A stretch of DNA of 64,000 nucleotides from the NCBI GenBank assembly GCA_963754655.1, contig CAVWGN010000001.1:1952001-2016000 (forward strand). The letters are read 5' to 3'. Below, in pieces: positions 20,630-31,249 of the stretch. How positions within the stretch are numbered: the first letter of the stretch is position 1; every line of letters begins with the position of its first letter. Source of the DNA: an uncultured Chlamydiae bacterium (GTDB taxonomy: Bacteria > Chlamydiota > Chlamydiia > Chlamydiales > Parachlamydiaceae). A program made the position numbers and the translations under genes. The notes under the pieces were generated by a model. That model was not told the origin of the DNA. It saw nothing but the letters and a program-made list of their open reading frames with translations, and made no database searches.

Positions 20630-20685
20630 CTATAACCTGATCTTTCAGGCTGTAAGGCTTTACAAAACTTAGAAGAGTTTCTTTC

Positions 20686-22515
20686 ATGTCTGATTATGAC
20701 CCTTACTTTTTGCAAAAAGGACATCTTTATGCTGTTCCCGTCATTCATTACAACATGGAAATGGCCGCTCAAGTCAAGTTAGCTTTTGATACGCTTAAAC
20801 CTGATTGCGTAGCAGTCGAGCTTCCGGAAACCATGCAGACTAAAATCCTTCATGCAGCTTCTCGCCTTCCTGATATTAGCATTGTTTTGACCTACGAAAC
20901 AGATCATTCGCCTATTTATTTCATGTGCGAACCTTGCGATCCCCTATTCGAAGCCTTGCGTAGCGCATCGGAATCACAAGTCGATGCTTATTGCATCGAT
21001 TTAGATATCGCCCAATATCCAGAATTCCGTGATCCCATTCCCGACCCTTATGCAATTCAACGCCTAGGACTGAAGCTTTACTATGAAATGTATGCTCAGG
21101 CACAGCTTAAAAGCTTAATTTTTCCTAATCCTCTTGATCAGAAGAGGGAAATTTACATGGCGCGCCGCCTCAAAGAACTTTGCTTGCGTTACGACCGTGT
21201 TCTATTTATTGGCGGCATGGCACATATTGCCTCTATTCTAAAATTGATGGATCAATCTTCCTTTCCTGATTTTCAACACACTAATCGCGAAGTCGTTGAG
21301 CTTTGTACACTCACTTCAGAATCTTGCCGCGACGTCTTAGCCGAATGGGGATATTTATCCACTCAGTATGAAAAAAGACGCGAAAAGATTGTGCAGGAGG
21401 GCACACCAGATCGTCAAAAAATCATTCTTCAGCTCTATCGTCAAGCAGCAGAGAACTATATCGAACATACAGGAAATGTTTTTCCTGGATATCACTTGCG
21501 AAACATCATGAAGTTTGTGCGCAATTATGCTTTAATTAACGGACAGCTCATGCCCGATTTGTTTAAGATTTTAACAGCTGGAAAGGGATGTGTAGACCAT
21601 AATTATGCTTATGAGGTGTGGGAACTCGCAACCTTTTATCCCCATCACCGTAATGTAGATGGATTACCTGAACTTGACTTATCAATTGAAGAGATTTGGG
21701 GACACAGTAAATTGATTCACTTTCATCTCAAAGAAAAAGGACGCAAAAATTCTGTGTTCCCAAAGCTCAGAAAAGATCGTACAAGTTTTCGTTTTCGTCC
21801 TCCTAGTCCCTTTGCAATTTGCTCTTATCCGCCAGAAGATGTAGCCATAGAAAATTTTGGCAACTTCCTCAAAAAAAAGGGATTGCAAATCTTAACAGAA
21901 GAAGGAGCCCGCACGATTCCCTTTTGCACAAGCATCGAAGATGGAATTGATATTAAGGAAACCATTAGGCACTGGTACGAAAAAAAACTCTACGTCAAAA
22001 CAAGAGGAAAGCCTCCTGCAGGAGTTGGATCAATTTGCATGATTTTTGATGAGGACAAACCAGAAGAAGGCAAAGTATATCGTGAAAAATATCCATGGCG
22101 TACAACCTGGCTAGGAGAACATCAACAAGAATCAGATATGGCCTTTTATGCAACCCCACTTTCACAAAATATTGTAGGACCTGGCATTAGCCGATGTGAG
22201 TATGGAGGCTTCATGATGTCGTATCCGCCTAGACGCTTAAGTAATGTCTGGATGGATCCCGACTACCAAGAATGCCGCACTAAAGCAGAAGTTCTCCTAA
22301 TGGCTGCCATTGATTATGCTGTAAAGCCTATTATCGTCTATGTAGCCGCCACTCCACCTCGTAGCCTAATCAAAAGCTTTGCACGCCGATTTGGCAAAAA
22401 GATTGTTTACATCCCCATTGGGCAGCTATCACCCATTACATTGAATAAATTACGCGCTTTCCACGTTTTAGATGGTCATGATAAACGGGAAATTGCTGAT
22501 GAATACATTTATTAG
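20686..22515 (+). CDS. Conserved hypothetical protein, N-terminal TraB/Tiki-like motifs
   Basis: 609-aa ORF; VIH, PDCVAVELP, REIYMARRL..VLFIGGMAH. Confidence 0.7.
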   Translation: MSDYDPYFLQKGHLYAVPVIHYNMEMAAQVKLAFDTLKPDCVAVELPETMQTKILHAASRLPDISIVLTYETDHSPIYFMCEPCDPLFEALRSASESQVDAYCIDLDIAQYPEFRDPIPDPYAIQRLGLKLYYEMYAQAQLKSLIFPNPLDQKREIYMARRLKELCLRYDRVLFIGGMAHIASILKLMDQSSFPDFQHTNREVVELCTLTSESCRDVLAEWGYLSTQYEKRREKIVQEGTPDRQKIILQLYRQAAENYIEHTGNVFPGYHLRNIMKFVRNYALINGQLMPDLFKILTAGKGCVDHNYAYEVWELATFYPHHRNVDGLPELDLSIEEIWGHSKLIHFHLKEKGRKNSVFPKLRKDRTSFRFRPPSPFAICSYPPEDVAIENFGNFLKKKGLQILTEEGARTIPFCTSIEDGIDIKETIRHWYEKKLYVKTRGKPPAGVGSICMIFDEDKPEEGKVYREKYPWRTTWLGEHQQESDMAFYATPLSQNIVGPGISRCEYGGFMMSYPPRRLSNVWMDPDYQECRTKAEVLLMAAIDYAVKPIIVYVAATPPRSLIKSFARRFGKKIVYIPIGQLSPITLNKLRAFHVLDGHDKREIADEYIY

Positions 22516-22562
22516 ACTCACCTATAAAATGATAATGGCCTATTATTAGTTTTAAAAAAGAG

Positions 22563-23594
22563 CTATTGCAGTCGAGACATAGCTAACGAAATTCCCTTTT
22601 TTAAGAGTTGGATTCTTTCTTTTAATGCGCATGGCAAAGAGGTTTGTTGATGAAGATCTTCCACATGATCTAAAAGTCCCTCTAATCGAGCCAATAGAAA
22701 CTGTTTATCAGTTTCATCTACCAAATGAAGATGGGTCAAATCAGAATGAATGTGATGCAATTCTCGCTCCATAAAAATAATTTCCCCTTCCATTTCAACA
22801 AAAGCTGTCCAATCTTTTGTATCATCCACATTCACAACATCTTTCATCACCTGGTCAATTTTCATGAGAAGCTGGTCAAAACAAGCCTCGCGCCGCTCCT
22901 GTAAATTTGCAATCCATTCCGATGCCTGCTTGAGAGATATCTGCTCTTTAGCTTCATTGCGCAAATTCATTAATTGCTTCAAAGGCTCCTCGATGGCATG
23001 CGCCAGACGCTCTTCCACATTTTTGAAAGCTTCACTTTCTGGAGGGACAAGCGACAGCGATTGCGTCTGATAATCTTGCGCTACTTTAATATCTTTATCG
23101 ATTAAATACTTAGTTCGATCAGCAACTATTTCTAAGATCCTATTAACCAAACCTTTGCGATCATTCAATTGATGATATAGCCGCACCCAATGCGTAGCTT
23201 CCTCATCCCATTCAGTTAAAGGAGTGTGATCAAAATTTTCTAATTTATTATCGAGTTTATGCTTCAAATGTTCAGCGTCGCTAATCAATCCATCTAAAAC
23301 ATCTTGGGCAATGGGCAAAATCCAACTATCAAAATGCTTCAAGATCAATTTTTTTTGCTCATTAAATTGATCTATAATAGTAGAAGCTGTACTCTTTAAG
23401 TCTTGCAGACGATTTAATAAGACTTGATCAATCACACGTGCCTGCTCAGTCAACTCTGGCATTTTCCGAATTTGTGTATACAGGCGCTTGATCGATTCCC
23501 CAGAACTAAAATTGGTACTAGGAGTCTTAGGAGTCTTCTTTTCGTCTGGTTTTTTAGATTCAGGCAAAGGAATCATAAGACCCAATAATATCAT
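22563..23594 (-). CDS. Hypothetical coiled-coil-rich protein
   Basis: 343-aa helical ORF. Confidence 0.75.
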   Translation of the reverse strand: MILLGLMIPLPESKKPDEKKTPKTPSTNFSSGESIKRLYTQIRKMPELTEQARVIDQVLLNRLQDLKSTASTIIDQFNEQKKLILKHFDSWILPIAQDVLDGLISDAEHLKHKLDNKLENFDHTPLTEWDEEATHWVRLYHQLNDRKGLVNRILEIVADRTKYLIDKDIKVAQDYQTQSLSLVPPESEAFKNVEERLAHAIEEPLKQLMNLRNEAKEQISLKQASEWIANLQERREACFDQLLMKIDQVMKDVVNVDDTKDWTAFVEMEGEIIFMERELHHIHSDLTHLHLVDETDKQFLLARLEGLLDHVEDLHQQTSLPCALKERIQLLKKGISLAMSRLQ

Positions 23595-23721
23595 GTTATC
23601 TATAATCTATATAGAATTATATTATACATGAAATTAATTTTGAATGATTAATTAAACTAAAAAAAATAATACTCATAAAAAACTTCAAATAATTAATAGC
23701 TATTCTATAAGGAAAAGAATA

Positions 23722-24531
23722 ATGATTAAGCGACCATTTATTTTAGTGACAAATGACGATGGAGTGTATGCCCCTGGAATTAAACATTTATGGCAAGTTT
23801 TATCCGAAAGTGCTGATATTTGCGTGGTAGCACCTGCAAGTGAGCAATCCGCTGTGAGTTTATCCATCACTATTCGCCATCCTTTACGCATTGAAAAAAT
23901 TGAGTGGCCTTTTGCAGAAGCCAACGTATGGTCGGTCAATGGAACGCCTGCCGACTGTGTCAAGCTGGCCTTGAATGTCATTTTGCCACAGGTTCCTCAG
24001 TTAATTGTTTCTGGGATCAATCGTGGAAGCAACGCTGGACGCAATGTTCTCTATAGCGGCACTGTAGCAGCCGTCATTGAAGGAGTCATGCATCATATTC
24101 CAGGCATAGCCCTTTCAGTAGTTGATTACTTTAATCCAGATTATGAAAAAGTAAAATCTTACATCCCCACTGTTATTGATTATCTTTTAAGGCATCCTTT
24201 GCCAAAGGGAACTTTTCTCAATGTCAATTTTCCTACACACACGGAAACAGGAATCAAAGGCATTCGTTTTGCAAAGCAGGGTAAGGAATATTGGGCTGAA
24301 AATCCCGAGCAACGGGAACATCCAGCTGAATGCAGTCCCTATTATTGGCTCGGATCGAAGTTAGCACAATTTGATGAAGATCCTGATAGTGACATTGTCC
24401 TATTAAGAGAAGGCTATGCTACAGCGGTTCCCATTCACATTGGAGATTTAACTCATCATCCCTCTATCAAAGAGTACCGCAACAAATTTGAAAATTTTGT
24501 TAATGATAAATCTGTCTATCTGGGAAAATAA
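23722..24531 (+). CDS. surE: 5'/3'-nucleotidase SurE
   Basis: ILVTNDDG, GTPADCV, SGINRGSN, YSGT. Confidence 0.95.
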   Translation: MIKRPFILVTNDDGVYAPGIKHLWQVLSESADICVVAPASEQSAVSLSITIRHPLRIEKIEWPFAEANVWSVNGTPADCVKLALNVILPQVPQLIVSGINRGSNAGRNVLYSGTVAAVIEGVMHHIPGIALSVVDYFNPDYEKVKSYIPTVIDYLLRHPLPKGTFLNVNFPTHTETGIKGIRFAKQGKEYWAENPEQREHPAECSPYYWLGSKLAQFDEDPDSDIVLLREGYATAVPIHIGDLTHHPSIKEYRNKFENFVNDKSVYLGK

Positions 24532-24549
24532 GTTCGTGGAAAAAGGTCT

Positions 24550-24963
24550 TTAATTTTTTGCATGTTGTTTTTCAAAAGCATCTAATCGATGTAAAGCCTT
24601 TTCTTGACATTTCTCAATGATTTGACGCCCCCCTTCAAGGCGATATAAGCGATTGAGCTCCACGCGCAACTGATCGCTGAGCTCATGGTTATGCCGTATC
24701 TCTTCCCCTTTTTCTACTTCGGGATGGGAAAAGCTAAATTCTTCCGCCGCAATGATAAGGGTGATTAGACGATCAAATTGCCGCTGCAACTTGCCTGAGG
24801 CAGCGAGCAACTGTTCTCGAGTATGAATGCCTTTTAATTCTTGAATAAGAGAGCGGATAACTCCTTCTCCCTCCTCTTGGAAGTCCTCTAAAGAACGGGG
24901 ACCGCAGCTTATGGCAATGAGAAGCAATACAATAAGGAGTAGGATTCTTTTTAAACAGTCCAT
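24550..24963 (-). CDS. Putative lipoprotein
   Basis: Hydrophobic signal ending AISC lipobox. Confidence 0.7.
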   Translation of the reverse strand: MDCLKRILLLIVLLLIAISCGPRSLEDFQEEGEGVIRSLIQELKGIHTREQLLAASGKLQRQFDRLITLIIAAEEFSFSHPEVEKGEEIRHNHELSDQLRVELNRLYRLEGGRQIIEKCQEKALHRLDAFEKQHAKN

Positions 24964-25364
24964 AATTTTCTTTTAATGATTTAGCTACGTTAGCAATATA
25001 TGTTAAGCACCAAAAAGGTTTTTAAGGCATTTCCTTGGTTTTTATCCAGCAGGCTGGCCATACAAAGACCCTAAGTCCTTTAAAAGGAAGAAAGGACCAT
25101 CGCCTGCTTTGCTACCCAACCTTCTTTTAAGAGGCGCAATGCCTCATTATAAAATGATGTAATTGACTTACTAGCCTAGCCGGTTTTCCTTAGGATCGCA
25201 AGCAACATAAATAAAGATTGAATGATATTTAAAAAGCGAACTAATGAAATGAAAAACATCTATTTAACAAATAGAAAAAAAAAGATAAGTTATATTTAGA
25301 AAAAAAAGAGAAGTTATATTACAATTAAATTCATCTTTAATTTAAACAATAGGAGAATGATAAA

Positions 25365-25826
25365 ATGGCCATTCATTTTGAAGAGTTAAGAACTCATACT
25401 TGGCAGATATTTTCAGGAATCGTTATTGCAGGGGGAAGTGCTTTTGGTCTAAGAGAAATCTCTCAACTGGGTGTCAAAGGATTTGCTACCTCTTTGGTAA
25501 AGGAAAGGCTTGGATTCACAGAGAATGGTAAATTAGCCTATGTACTGGTCGCTTATAATATTTACCAAATTGCAGATAAAATTTTTCATCGATTAGGTTG
25601 GCAGGAAGAATTACCACGCGGAATAGCAAGTGTAGTCATAGGTGGCATCTCTGGTTTTTCTCTCACTCTGGCGGCAAGACATCATCCAATAGCCGCTTAC
25701 CTAGTGACTGGTCTAACAGCTTTACAATTAGGATTATGGACAATTCTCGGAGTATGCTTAATTTCGGAGGGATTGAAGGGAACGATTCATGCTTGTTCCT
25801 CTGATTCTACTCCGGCAATTTCTTAG
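25365..25826 (+). CDS. Hypothetical membrane protein
   Basis: AGGAG RBS; several hydrophobic segments. Confidence 0.7.
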   Translation: MAIHFEELRTHTWQIFSGIVIAGGSAFGLREISQLGVKGFATSLVKERLGFTENGKLAYVLVAYNIYQIADKIFHRLGWQEELPRGIASVVIGGISGFSLTLAARHHPIAAYLVTGLTALQLGLWTILGVCLISEGLKGTIHACSSDSTPAIS

Positions 25827-25949
25827 ATCATTGTTTAGAAGTCGCTAAGAAAAATTCGCCCATGGCATGATTTAATGAAATGACATTCTAATTAAAAATT
25901 GGCTTGCACTAAATTCGTTAGATCATTAAAGTATAGGCTTGTTTTGCAA

Positions 25950-26022
25950 GGGCGTATAGCTCAGTTGGTAGAGCTCCTGTCTTACACACAGGCGGTCATA
26001 GGTTCGAGTCCTGTTGCGCCCA
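25950..26022 (+). tRNA. tRNA-Val(TAC)
   Basis: GGGCGTATAGCTCAGTTGGTAGAGC..CTTACAC..GGTTCGAGTCC. Confidence 0.95.
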
Positions 26023-26035
26023 AATATTGCAACTT

Positions 26036-26109
26036 GCGGGAGTAGTTCAATTGGTTAGAGCACCGGCTTGTCACGCCGGAAGTTGCGGGTTCGAGCCCCG
26101 TCTCCCGCG
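26036..26109 (+). tRNA. tRNA-Asp(GTC)
   Basis: GCGGGAGTAGTTCAATTGGTTAGAGC..TTGTCAC..GGTTCGAGCCC. Confidence 0.95.
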
Positions 26110-26254
26110 TTCTTTTCAGATAAAGAACCCAGTCCATTATAAGCCATTATCAAGTGCATTTTCAAGCATCCATTCATTACTCTTTCATTTTTCTTGACGG
26201 GCTGCTATCTGTTTTCAGTATAATTAAATTGATTCACCTAGGAATGCTCATATT

Positions 26255-27190
26255 ATGCATGCTTCTCACGCTCCAAAGCGTTCGTGGTTTTCTCAAATTC
26301 TGACATATTTTTTGATGACAATCGGAGCTTTTTTAGCAGCATTTGCTTTAGAAGTCTTTTTTATTCCCAATAATCTCATTGATGGTGGGGTTGTGGGTGT
26401 GGCAATGATATTTGGCAATGTGTTTGGGAAACAAGTCATTCCTTATCTACTCATTTTATTTAATTTGCCTTTTCTCATTTTAGCGTATCGCTCAATAGGC
26501 AAAGTCTTTGTCATCCACATGATTGTGGCAACCCTTTTATTTTCTGGAGCGCTAGTGCTGATTGCCGATGCAATGCCCTTTCAATTTCACGGAGACAGTT
26601 TGGAAGTCGTCGTCGTTGGAGGAGCTATCTTAGGGATTGGCATAGGCTTAATTATACGCGGAGGAGGCTGCCTAGATGGCACAGAAATTTTGGGAATCAT
26701 TATCAATCGACGTGCGGGATTTACAGTTGGACAGGTTGTGTTAGTATGCAATGTTTTTGTCTTTGGAGCAGCAGGCTTGGTTTTTCAAGATTGGCATCCT
26801 CCTTTAATGTCGCTCATTACTTACATTGTTGTGATCAAAATCATGGATTCTGTCATCGTTGGCCTTGATGAAACTAAATCGGTACTTATTATTTCATCTA
26901 AATCAAAAATCATTGCGGATGCAATTATTCATGAACTTGGACTAGGTTTGACAATCATGTATGGAAGGGGAGGATTTTCAGGCGATGAACGCGAAATCTT
27001 ATATGTCATTGCCGAGCGCTTACAATTAGCTGAATTAAAAGATCTTATTTTGCGTGAAGATCGCTATGCGTTTATTGCGATTGAAAACTTGCATGAAGTT
27101 GCCAATGGCAAACCTTCCAAGCCTAAAATGACTCGCATTGAGCATATTTTTTCCAGTCTTGTACAAAAGCAACCCCAACCAGAAGAATGA
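26255..27190 (+). CDS. YitT family membrane protein (DUF2179 C-terminus)
   Basis: PNNLIDGGVVG, GGCLDGTEI, GLTIMYGRGGFSG. Confidence 0.9.
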   Translation: MHASHAPKRSWFSQILTYFLMTIGAFLAAFALEVFFIPNNLIDGGVVGVAMIFGNVFGKQVIPYLLILFNLPFLILAYRSIGKVFVIHMIVATLLFSGALVLIADAMPFQFHGDSLEVVVVGGAILGIGIGLIIRGGGCLDGTEILGIIINRRAGFTVGQVVLVCNVFVFGAAGLVFQDWHPPLMSLITYIVVIKIMDSVIVGLDETKSVLIISSKSKIIADAIIHELGLGLTIMYGRGGFSGDEREILYVIAERLQLAELKDLILREDRYAFIAIENLHEVANGKPSKPKMTRIEHIFSSLVQKQPQPEE

Positions 27191-27239
27191 AAGAAGGGAG
27201 ATCTTAAGATATGTCCTTGGCAAAACTCTATGAGGCACT

Positions 27240-27929
27240 ATGATACAATATCAAGGCAATCAAGAAGATGATAAACAACTCTTTACGCATGATTCTTGGC
27301 GTGTTTTCCGAATCATTTCTGAATTTGTCGACGGTTTTGAAACCATGACAAATTTAGGACCCTCGGTTTCTATTTTTGGATCAGCACGTCTTCCTCCCGA
27401 GTCTCTTTATTACAATTTAGCTGTTGATGTTGCACGACTTATTGCGAGCAAAGGATTTGCCATTATTACAGGGGGCGGACCTGGAATCATGGAAGCTGCC
27501 AATAAAGGAGCTCAGGAAGCTAAAGGACATTCTTGTGGGCTGGCCATTGATCTGCCCTTTGAAACAGAACCTAATCGATTCATCGACCCCAAATATCGCC
27601 TCACTTTTCGCTACTTTTTTATTCGCAAAGTCATGTTTATTCGCTACGCACAAGGATACGTTTTCCTTCCAGGTGGATTCGGAACACTGGATGAGCTTTT
27701 TGAAGCTTTGACTCTCATTCAAACACAAAAAATCAAAGCTTTCCCTATTTACTTAATGGGAAAAGCTTATTGGGTGGAAATGATTAAATGGATTGAAGAA
27801 ACTATGCTTGTCCATGGATGTATCTCAAAAGAAGATTTTAACATGTTTCTCATAACTGATGACCCAGAAGAAGTGGCCAATGGGATTGAACGTCACTATC
27901 AGAGAGATCGAGCAATGAGAAACTTTTAG
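27240..27929 (+). CDS. LOG family protein (TIGR00730-like)
   Basis: FGSAR, TGGGPGIMEAAN, PGGFGTLDE. Confidence 0.92.
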   Translation: MIQYQGNQEDDKQLFTHDSWRVFRIISEFVDGFETMTNLGPSVSIFGSARLPPESLYYNLAVDVARLIASKGFAIITGGGPGIMEAANKGAQEAKGHSCGLAIDLPFETEPNRFIDPKYRLTFRYFFIRKVMFIRYAQGYVFLPGGFGTLDELFEALTLIQTQKIKAFPIYLMGKAYWVEMIKWIEETMLVHGCISKEDFNMFLITDDPEEVANGIERHYQRDRAMRNF

Positions 27930-28175
27930 TAGGAATAGTTGAAATTCGGCTTTAAAATTCTAGCGGTTGAATCAGAGAAGAGCATAACAGTTCTTTTCTT
28001 TTTCCCATAAATATAGTGAGTTAAATTTAATTTTTTCACTTGGCTTTTAAAAGAGATTCTTTTAACTGATGGCTCAGAATCCAGAGTATTTTTCTAAAAA
28101 ATTTGACACTGGCAGCCCTTCAGGCTGCATGACGCAACTCACTTATAACTAGGGCCTTGCCCCATAAGCATCAAG

Positions 28176-28236
28176 CTAAGAGATGAGCGTAGGCTACGCG
28201 GCGACTGAAGGCGTCGCGTAGCCTACGTTTCTTTTC
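28176..28236. repeat. Degenerate 'D' palindromic element
   Basis: CTAAGAGATGAGCGTAGGCTACGCGGCGACTGAAGGCGTCGCGTAGCCTACG. Confidence 0.75.
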
Positions 28237-28651
28237 AATTTCTATATTTTATTCTTGTTGCAATTTGAATAGATTTATCATTCTCCTTCTTATTTAAAGG
28301 GAGTGTGCTTTAAAAAAATTAATTAACTACTAAATATTAGCATGGAATACAGTTTTAAATTAAATAGAGTTTAGATTCAATAAAATAAATTCTAAAACAA
28401 CTACCTTAACAAATCTATTTTGTTTTAATTTTTTTTAAGCAAAAATTTCAGTAATAGTCAATTGCACATACAAAAAGAAAAAGAAAAAGAAGAAAAATCA
28501 ATAATTTTTTCGCCATCAGATTTGACAAACATTAAAGTAAAAAATATAATAAGATTATTGCAACGTGAAAAAGCACAATTCATATTTAAGGATAAATAAA
28601 ATTGCAAAATTGAGAATTATATAAATTCTTAAGCTTAACCAAAGGTGAGAT

Positions 28652-28972
28652 ATGAAAGAGGGAAAGTCTAGTCAAGAAAAACTAAAACGTAGTGCAGAGG
28701 ATTGGGTAGCTATTGCAAGAAATTTTGGTGAGAAGTGTGTTGAAATTCAAAAAGAATCGACATTAAATATCGATCAAAAACTTGAAAAGCAAAAGGCTTT
28801 AGGAAAAGAAATGGCTAAAGAAATACAAGCCGATCCCCATTTAAAAGACGAAGATAAGCAGCAAATGATTCATTCTATCAATAACTATATGGATGAATGG
28901 AAAACGATGCATGATGTGATTCATAAAGAACCAAACCCTAAAAGCCTGGGAAAGAAAAAAGAGAAGGAATAG
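28652..28972 (+). CDS. Hypothetical protein
   Basis: 106-aa charged ORF with AGGTG RBS and downstream hairpin. Confidence 0.65.
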   Translation: MKEGKSSQEKLKRSAEDWVAIARNFGEKCVEIQKESTLNIDQKLEKQKALGKEMAKEIQADPHLKDEDKQQMIHSINNYMDEWKTMHDVIHKEPNPKSLGKKKEKE

Positions 28973-28992
28973 CGACTCAGCCCAATCCTAAC

Positions 28993-29020
28993 GCTCCCTT
29001 GTCAATCCATCCAAGGGAGC
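28993..29020. terminator. Hairpin between convergent genes
   Basis: GCTCCCTTG..CAAGGGAGC followed by A-run. Confidence 0.6.
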
Positions 29021-29050
29021 ATAAAAAGAAACAAATGCTTGGGATGGCAG

Positions 29051-29935
29051 CTAAGTCGTAGCCTGAAACATAGGACGCTCGTTTCCTTTGGACCTTTTGG
29101 AATTAGGAAAGCTTTCCCGTTGTGAAAAAGTCTTTCCAGTTGAAAATGTTTGCGTAGTTGGATGTCGAGTGGAGGGTGCTGAATTCATAGGACGCAAATC
29201 TGGTTGCGCGGGTGCACGATGCACAGTTGGAAATCCCCCTTTATTTTCTTGTGGATGCGGCATAGCATAAGCTACATGTGGAGCAGTCGACTGATAATTG
29301 GTATGTGCCTGTCGAGGATTAAATGGAAATTGTTGAGGAGCAGTCAATGGTATTGAAAGCCCCGCAACAGGCTGAACAGGTTGCCTGGTTAAAGGTGCTT
29401 GATTCATGAGACGTGGATCGGGCTGCGCAGGCGCGCGATGTACAGTGGGAAACCCAGTGCTATGAGTCGGATGTACTTGTGGAACCCCTCCCTGAAGCCC
29501 GCTATGCGAATAATTGATATGCGCTTGTTGAAAGGGAGAATGAGGAATGGGGATAGGTTGCACAACAGGTGCTGCACCATAAACTGGCGCTGCATGCAGC
29601 TGATTCCCATTTGGCCATGGCCACCAATTCCATTGTGAATGAGCTGGTGGTGAAGCGGCAGGAATAACGGGTCCAGGCACAACCGGATAATGACCCTGAT
29701 GCTGAGTAGAAGTGGGGCAGCAGCTTTTGAAAAGCCAAATCAAACCAATTTCTCCTGCTACGCAACGCAACATTGTCGCCAAATTAGGATTTGTGCGATT
29801 AAAGGCATTTGCTGAAAACAATGCCAATGCACCTAAGGCCAAAGCTACAATGCTATCACTATAGAAAGAAGAACGCTGTGCTTGCAGACCCTGAGGGGAG
29901 GCTGGTTGAAACCAGCCTTGAATATAACTAACCAT
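29051..29935 (-). CDS. Pro/Gln-rich protein with N-terminal paired hydrophobic segments (Inc-like candidate)
   Basis: AGGAG RBS; two hydrophobic stretches; duplicated GFPTVHRAPAQPD motif. Confidence 0.7.
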   Translation of the reverse strand: MVSYIQGWFQPASPQGLQAQRSSFYSDSIVALALGALALFSANAFNRTNPNLATMLRCVAGEIGLIWLFKSCCPTSTQHQGHYPVVPGPVIPAASPPAHSQWNWWPWPNGNQLHAAPVYGAAPVVQPIPIPHSPFQQAHINYSHSGLQGGVPQVHPTHSTGFPTVHRAPAQPDPRLMNQAPLTRQPVQPVAGLSIPLTAPQQFPFNPRQAHTNYQSTAPHVAYAMPHPQENKGGFPTVHRAPAQPDLRPMNSAPSTRHPTTQTFSTGKTFSQRESFPNSKRSKGNERPMFQATT

Positions 29936-29962
29936 AACTAACTCCTAGTGAGAGTTTCAATA

Positions 29963-30388
29963 TTAGACGCGTCGAGCTGTTGCCTCAAATAGCGGTCCCT
30001 GTTTATTTAAAACGTAAGGAGCAGGACTTTGAACATGAGTGGGAGGAGAAGCTTGAACATGAGTGGGAGGAGAAGCTTGAACATGATGATAATGATGCGT
30101 GACAGGTGGTGGAGGCAATTGAACTGATATCTGCTGAGGCAGTGGCACGACACCAAGTCCATTTGCTGGTGCTCTAACAACATTTGGAAATGGAGGTGTT
30201 GAAGAATGATAGGACGCTGGAGAAAATAAAACTCCTTGACTCGCTTGCTGAACGGACCCAACTTGATTCGCTAAAGGCGAAATAGTCGTGTATGCTGGAG
30301 ATGGGGCTGGGCATTGGTTTCCTGGACGATGAACAGCAGCTGGATAAAGAGGTTTTTGATTGGGTTGTATATATGGATTGACTTGCAT
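29963..30388 (-). CDS. Pro-rich low-complexity protein
   Basis: AGGAG RBS; HVQASPPT repeat (24-bp tandem ~30029-30086). Confidence 0.65.
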   Translation of the reverse strand: MQVNPYIQPNQKPLYPAAVHRPGNQCPAPSPAYTTISPLANQVGSVQQASQGVLFSPASYHSSTPPFPNVVRAPANGLGVVPLPQQISVQLPPPPVTHHYHHVQASPPTHVQASPPTHVQSPAPYVLNKQGPLFEATARRV

Positions 30389-30469
30389 AAAATCTCCTAT
30401 AATTAAATTAATTGATTATCTCGTTTACATTCTTAGGCCAAGCATGCTTGGCCCTGTTTAAGACCTCAT

Positions 30470-31249
30470 TTAATACGCTGTAGAATAACCATAAAAAACC
30501 GCTTGGCTATAAGGCTGACCAGATTGATCCACATTAATGAGAATATGGGGGAATTGAGCGGTACGCCACTTGTTGTTGACACCTACCAATAATCGTTGTC
30601 CTATTTGCCAGTAAGAAAAATTAGAATCCGAACCCACCTGCCATACAGTGTTATCACTCAACAACACTAAACGCTGATAAGGGTCAATATTGACAATGCG
30701 AAAAGTGTACGCCCCCATAGGTACTGGCGGATTAATTAAATTCACTTCTACAGCTTGATTTGTTGTACGATTATGCAACACATATTGATAAGAGGAAAAC
30801 CAAGAAAAGCTAGGCTTAATAAAGATGTCATCACTTTGGACCCAGTACAAGACTTTTGCACGCCCACTGCTCTGCACTTCCCATTTAGAGGCGTCATGTA
30901 ATTGCACGACATCTCCCGTATCTGAAAAAGCAACTAAGTGATAATAACCATCATTATGAATACGCTGAAGATACTGGCTATCATTACCATAATCGAAAGA
31001 CTCAATCGCCCAATTCACCGTTTCCGACATATTCTCAACTAGACTTTCCTCTTGTTCAACATGAATCATCTCTGGAAAAGAGTTTTGTTCATCGGCATAG
31101 ACACTACTAGTTGTGCTCATATATAGAAGAGCTGTACATAGGTTGACTAAAAGGCGGCCTACAAATAAACGGTTCATTAAAACCTCCACTAAATTAATGT
31201 TAAAATTCATGCATTCATCAATCATTGATGAGCTTTTGTAGTCTTTCAA
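30470..31249 (-). CDS. Hypothetical exported protein with internal duplication
   Basis: Signal-like segment; VQLHDASKWEV / VLLSDNTVWQV repeated module; true start probably downstream of ORF start. Confidence 0.7.
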   Translation of the reverse strand: MKDYKSSSMIDECMNFNINLVEVLMNRLFVGRLLVNLCTALLYMSTTSSVYADEQNSFPEMIHVEQEESLVENMSETVNWAIESFDYGNDSQYLQRIHNDGYYHLVAFSDTGDVVQLHDASKWEVQSSGRAKVLYWVQSDDIFIKPSFSWFSSYQYVLHNRTTNQAVEVNLINPPVPMGAYTFRIVNIDPYQRLVLLSDNTVWQVGSDSNFSYWQIGQRLLVGVNNKWRTAQFPHILINVDQSGQPYSQAVFYGYSTAY

